The translations under genes were made by a program, and so were the position numbers. The notes under the pieces are model-generated. The model saw only the letters and a program-made list of their open reading frames with translations. It ran no database searches and was not told the origin of the DNA. From Laetmonice hystrix (taxonomy: Eukaryota), in contig OZ249436.1 in assembly GCA_965235115.1 (NCBI GenBank), forward strand, positions 14,076,001-14,140,000: a stretch of 64,000 bases of DNA. Direction: 5' to 3'. Below are positions 58,507 through 64,000 of the stretch, piece by piece. Each line of letters opens with the position of its first letter. Position 1 is the first letter of the stretch.

Positions 58507-61500
58507 GGGACGCACGTTTTACGTATTGCCCCAAGTGTGTAGGTGTGAGTTTTCGCATAGTTGACCTAGGTAAGTTCCAGACGTCCCTCTACACACCTCG
58601 GGGTATAAAGTTATGGCCAGTAGATATACATGAGTCTGCATGCTGTGCCAGAACTCGTAACGAGAACATTGTGAGGTTGGGGGATGTGGGCAGGGAGGTT
58701 GGCTCGTTCTGGGCTCCGTATTTGACAAGGGGGAGTACCGTACTTGGAGCGCATTCTTACAATAGCCATAAGTCATCTGAATCCACTGAACTAGACCCTC
58801 CTCTCATGTCATACCATTTCAGACAAATGGGCAGCTCCAGGTTGCGTCCAGATAAACCGTGAATAGGCCTAGCCCCTATACCCAAAAAGCAGATGATAGC
58901 TGGTGCTGTTTCTTATTTAGAAACCCCTGGCTGTGCAAAGTGGGGCCAGTAAACAATCATTCTTGTACTTTTTTTGACATCATTCATCATAGATGGGCTT
59001 TAGATTTTCATTTTATGTTTTTTTTTCGTTTCGTGAAATACGGTCCTAACAGTACTAATGACTTCTTCAGATATTGAAGGACTCAGATCTTATAACCTGA
59101 CCTATTGGGAGTTATTGATTTATTAGATCTATATTGGAATCGCAGATATTGATATTAGGCGTTTGGAAAACCATTTGGATGAAGCCACTTTGATCAAATT
59201 TGGAGAATAACCTAAGTCTTTAACTCTTGGTAAGTCCTGGTAATTGTTTTGTGTGTCAATGTTGGTGCGAGTGGTGCGGAGAGGTATTATGGTGATGTTG
59301 AGAGATCCGCCAGACTGTGACTTATCAAGGCAAACTGAACGGTCACACGGTAAGGAGAGAGCGTGGGGAACCGTGGGCGTCATCAAATGATGGTCCTGCT
59401 GTGAGCATCATTGCGGGGGTCCCTCGGTACTGAGGAAGGGGAGGAAACCTCGCATAACATTCACTATGATATTTGTTGGGATCGTTCTCCGATCTATGCT
59501 CATAGGTACGGTGTGCCACTCGCCTCACGAGGTTGTTTAAATACTGACAAAGGCTGCCTAAACGAAGACCCAAAGAAGAAGTACGCATAATTAGGCAAGG
59601 AGGGAAGGGGACAGACCAGATCGAGTGTGATCATATTCTTACGGTAAACATCTACTCCTATAGGCGTTCAAATCTAAAGTTAAAAAGCCTCAGAATTGTA
59701 ACATTCCTTGACTCCAAGAGGACGAGTTATTGGTACAGATTTGCTCTTCAGATTCATTCAGGTTTAAATCGGAAAAATACTATCGTAGAACTGTGGTAGT
59801 CCAATGAAGTGTGTTCCTGCAGGAATATTTAAATCTTGATTCAAAAGAGTAAAACCTTAATATCAGCGACTGGTTCCTGACATAAGAGGTTTTTGTTATC
59901 TTACAACCCCAGAGTTGACTGATACTGTATGACATGTATGGAGCGGTGCATTATTTGTGACCACAACACCAGCTCAGCTTAAATTACACCGAGTACCACT
60001 TTTCATTATGTCACATGGAAGTGGGGAATTAAGTGGTATCAAATAACTACTTACCGGAAGTGCTGCCCAGCTATCAGCCTTTCTATGGAGCGATATGTCT
60101 AGAAGAGGTCTTACAACGCCAACATATGAATATTATTCACCATGAGGAAAGACCTACTTGATACAAGACCGGATGCTATTGATATGTAGGTCTGTCACAG
60201 CATGTACACCCTTGGAAGTGATCTTTTTTATGTCCTCCATGCGCCTTGCCTGCAAGCTTATCAAAACGTAGAAGGGCTGGAGTCAGCAGAAATGCCATAC
60301 TACTTCATGCACAATGAGGTTATCTGAAGAAAGATTGCAACTGCTAGCTACCCCTCAAGTCAGTTTGTCTATCCGCCCGTTTTTCGTCACAGCATTTTTC
60401 CGATGTAGCTCTCAATAGAGTTTATTTTCCGAAGTTACCGTATCCTCTTCTCGCTGTATTTTTAGGATACTCACGAGATTTCCATCAAAGTATGTGCAAT
60501 ATGTGGTGTAGATTTAGCGGCCATTTCTAGATTTGAATTGTAAAGACGGGATAGCTTTGAAGATGAAAATTATGTATGAGTATGTTGACTCGTTTATATA
60601 AGGTTCGAATGCATACGGTCGTTCAACCACAGCAGATACTTAGTTTGAGGGGGATGGCTGCTAACCTTAGGTTTTCTCGCCATCTAGTAATTACCTACTT
60701 GGATTGGAACTGGCGAGAACCCAGCCCCTTCTTAGACTTCTTGGGAGAAAGGCATGCAAGGGTGCATGTGCAATGCTTCATTTCAGAGGTTCCGCCTAGG
60801 CAATGGGAAAGTTGAAAGGGTACCCGTTTAGGTAATGAGTGAGTCCCAGCAGGAGATGTCCTCATGGTGTTTAAAAAAAGGGAAACCGAGAGGAAATGAT
60901 AATTACAGGAAAAGCTTTTAAATAGGAAACCAGTGCTCGTTATATATAATTTTCTCCCCGTACATATAAAGAAGACGAGGCGCTTGCATTGTGACTGTTC
61001 TGGCGCAATGTTCATGTTTAAATATCATGTTCACTTTCGTTTGACGGTTACAAGAGTACATATAGACTGGGTTTTACCTTGAAAGAATTGAAGCATTATG
61101 TGCCTTTCAACTTCAAGGCCCAATGTCATGAAACCAGTTGCACTCCAGATGCTTTGTCTCTTGGGATCTGATTATCCTGGCTCGATGTGTAGAGAAGAAA
61201 CATCACTTTGTAAATGTATCTATGTAGAATATACTGATGTATCGTTACTGTCGTCTTTCCATGTGGTTGTCTCTGATCGGTGATAAAAAGGCGAATCTGA
61301 ATAATGGGATTTCTGGAACCATTACGTGATCGGACCCGCTCATGGGATAGAAAGAAGTAATGCATGAGGCAAACACCATGCCAACAAATGCTTAGCCAAA
61401 AGGTTTCAGTGACTGGATTCATCAAAAAGAAGTGAGAATCATGAGACAAGTTGTTCAGGTGACCTTCTGATCTCATCACAGCAGCCGTTTACAATCATTA

Positions 61501-63950
61501 CTTTATTCGTCAACCAGGAATCTAAAGTATGACCTCAAAATAACAGTAAAGAATCTGTTCAAAGTAAAAATACAAAGAGAAAAACTACGCTTCTTTTATC
61601 TCTGTGGACTAAACATTTGGTTGACATGTCCAAAAACGCACTGAATAGTAAGTGTTTGCAAACAGAGTATGCTTTCTCCTATAAAAGAATAGTGCACAGT
61701 TTAAGATGTATATCTGTGTTATAATGTATCCTGAGAATCTTTATAATTACAATAGTCCTTGATCAATTGATGTCTTCTTAGATGTTGGATAGCCATTCAT
61801 CATCAGATTCCGGAAACCAGTTACTTATCTCAGTGCTGCTCATCAGTATTCTAATTTTTCTTTTCTCTTCACAGAATAGGAAGCATTGTGCACACGATTA
61901 CAGTTTGAAGAAACATGTTTGTCTAAAGCTATATTTTACTTTAACAATAATGAAGGTCTGATTTGAGACATTATAGTGTCGCTTATAAGTGACAGCGTTA
62001 GGAAACAACAACTCATAAAGATCTTCTTTCACCTCAGTTGTGGGCAAGAGTAACTGCCTTTTGCCTTTTGTATGGTCAGAGTGTACTGATGTTACAGAGC
62101 AAAACCGGCCCACTAATAATGTCGTTTTAAGGACCCATTAGTGTCTGAAACTACAGTGCACTGGGAATTCCCTGTGAAATCACAGTCCTCTGAAAGAGGC
62201 TCCTCTCTGTGTGTTCTCCTAACTCTCGGTGGGAGCTTGGAGGAAAAATATCCAAAGCATATAATCAAGAGGTTGGGATTAATATTCGCTCTAGACTTCG
62301 GTCATTATCAACACTACACAAATCGGTACCGCTGTATTGTATTACGTTTTTGACACCCGATATTCCTTATCCGTGAACTCTATTAATTGTATTTGCGATA
62401 TTTCTTTAAAACCAGCGGATTGGTCCATGACTTCAAAAGCAAATTCCTCACGAACGTCCTGCTTTTGAATGGGGGGTCTTTAGGAAAGAAAGCTAGATCA
62501 CAGAAAGCAGATGACGTTTCAGTTTCATAAGAATAACGACCCTTTTTTGATTGAACAGTTCAAGTACAGCATGTACAAAACCTGAAAACATCTAAAAATG
62601 GGATTATTTTATAGGGATTTCCTTTGTAGAAGATTGAGTTGTGTTATTCTATACTAAAATTGCTCCAAAATATGTGCCACAGCGACATCCATGCCTCATG
62701 ACGTCTGTCACCTTTGTGCCCGTTCATTGTCTGCCATTGTCTTCCTTTAAAGAGAGCGACACAAGAGTTACGGGGTAAAATATCCGTAGTAGGATTCGAT
62801 GAAATATGGATTAAACCATTTTAGGATTTAAATTATTCCAAAGTGAAGTTTCTTTTTAAGTGAAGTGAATCTCAAAGCTTATATAATAATACAATTAAAA
62901 AGATAAACTTTTTGGAAATGATGCTTTGTCATTATGCATAAGGGAAATTCGGCAATTATTTTCTGACGTCGAAAGTTTGTAACAGATCTATTGAATATAT
63001 AGCCAGGGTAATATGACAATAAGAGTTGACGTTGTAAGTTTTCAAAATGCTTTTGCACCACTGACTAAATGCACTATCAAGATTCAAGAGACAGCGATAT
63101 TAGTTGTCAGATCAGCTTACATAAGTAAATAGTCTGACAGGAATATTTCAACATGTTATGCATTGTTCCCTGTTACTCTAAGTACTTTCCCTCATGCCGG
63201 GCGCAGTTATCAGAGCATTGTGTTCTGTTATCCGACAGAACACATTTGCTTCCTGTATGAAAAAAAGGAGGAATTCCCTTTGCAGTTGTAAAGGGTAGGG
63301 CCAGCAAGCAATACTAAATATGTTCACTGTGAAATGAAGCTCGCTTCCTGTTGAAATGCCTACCAGAGTCACTTTTTTTTCACCAAAGGACCTCTGCTTC
63401 GAGGTTGTGTGTAGCCTTTGTGGAATGTTGGGACATTGATAAAATAAGGACTTGCTCGGAATGGGTCGCATGTAAACCCTTTGATTTGTGAAGGCCAGCA
63501 TAATTGTCAAGAGACAGCAGGAGCATCAATTAGTACTGTATAGAAATAATTTTGCTAAGGATCTTTTGAGCATAGTTTATTTGGAATATTTTTATAATTC
63601 ATGCTGACCCGATGCCTGCCTTTGTCTGACAATGACAGAAGGTTAAGAAAATTATCTTTCTAAAGAATCAGATGTAAACGAAACCGTTAGGATTTCCTGA
63701 GTTTTTAGAACATCCTCCTGTGTTTTGTTCTTCCCTCAGCTCTGCCCAGATGGGCCTTGACTATCGTCACCACAGTGGTACAAGATGTTTACGAGTAATT
63801 ATCATTTCACACCTTTTCACCAATTGCCTCAATAATGTTTATTGATTTCGCTATCAGAGTTAGGTGAACCCTCAACACTAAATGCGTCTTTCAAATTCAT
63901 TGGAAGAAAGTATAGATGTTAACCTGATAAGACACGTGGCGTTCTGCATC
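58507..63950 (+). mobile_element. Possible decayed KDZ (Kyakuja-Dileera-Zisupton)/CxC transposase
   Basis: Ordered fragments: YCPKC..SLYTPRGI..ACC..GREVGSF (58.5k), KVCAICGV..DGIALKMK (60.5k), LPQ/IMFIDFA..TLN..DTW (63.8k); many stops. Confidence 0.35.
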
Positions 63951-64000
63951 CTAATTTTTACCCCTCCCAGAAAAAGTGCATGCATACACTAGACAGGACG

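Noticed and set aside
58100..64000. Endogenous RNA-virus element
   Set aside because: No long ORF and no RdRp, nucleoprotein or glycoprotein motif recognised.

Overview
Eukaryotic DNA, probably from a marine invertebrate (inferred from spliceosomal introns and the transposon families; the species cannot be determined from the sequence). Most ORFs in the supplied track are spurious. The main gene is a + strand THSD4/ADAMTSL4-6-like gene. Six phase-compatible coding exons (19854-54519) give signal peptide, TSP1 and ADAMTS Cys-rich regions, and the gene probably continues past the window. The 3' end of a probable SLC35G/EamA transporter lies at 2-247. The rest is rich in mobile DNA: a very young 2.65-kb non-autonomous LTR element encoding only zinc knuckles plus a coiled coil, a Harbinger element carrying nested MITEs and a CR1/L2 LINE, Kolobok- and Ginger-like MITEs, a probable P-element excision footprint, and decayed LINE and KDZ-like relics. 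There are also several minisatellites and many decayed C-type lectin, sushi and TSP1 exon-like fragments. No CRISPR, rRNA or tRNA gene was seen. All family assignments come from reading motifs by eye, not from database searches.
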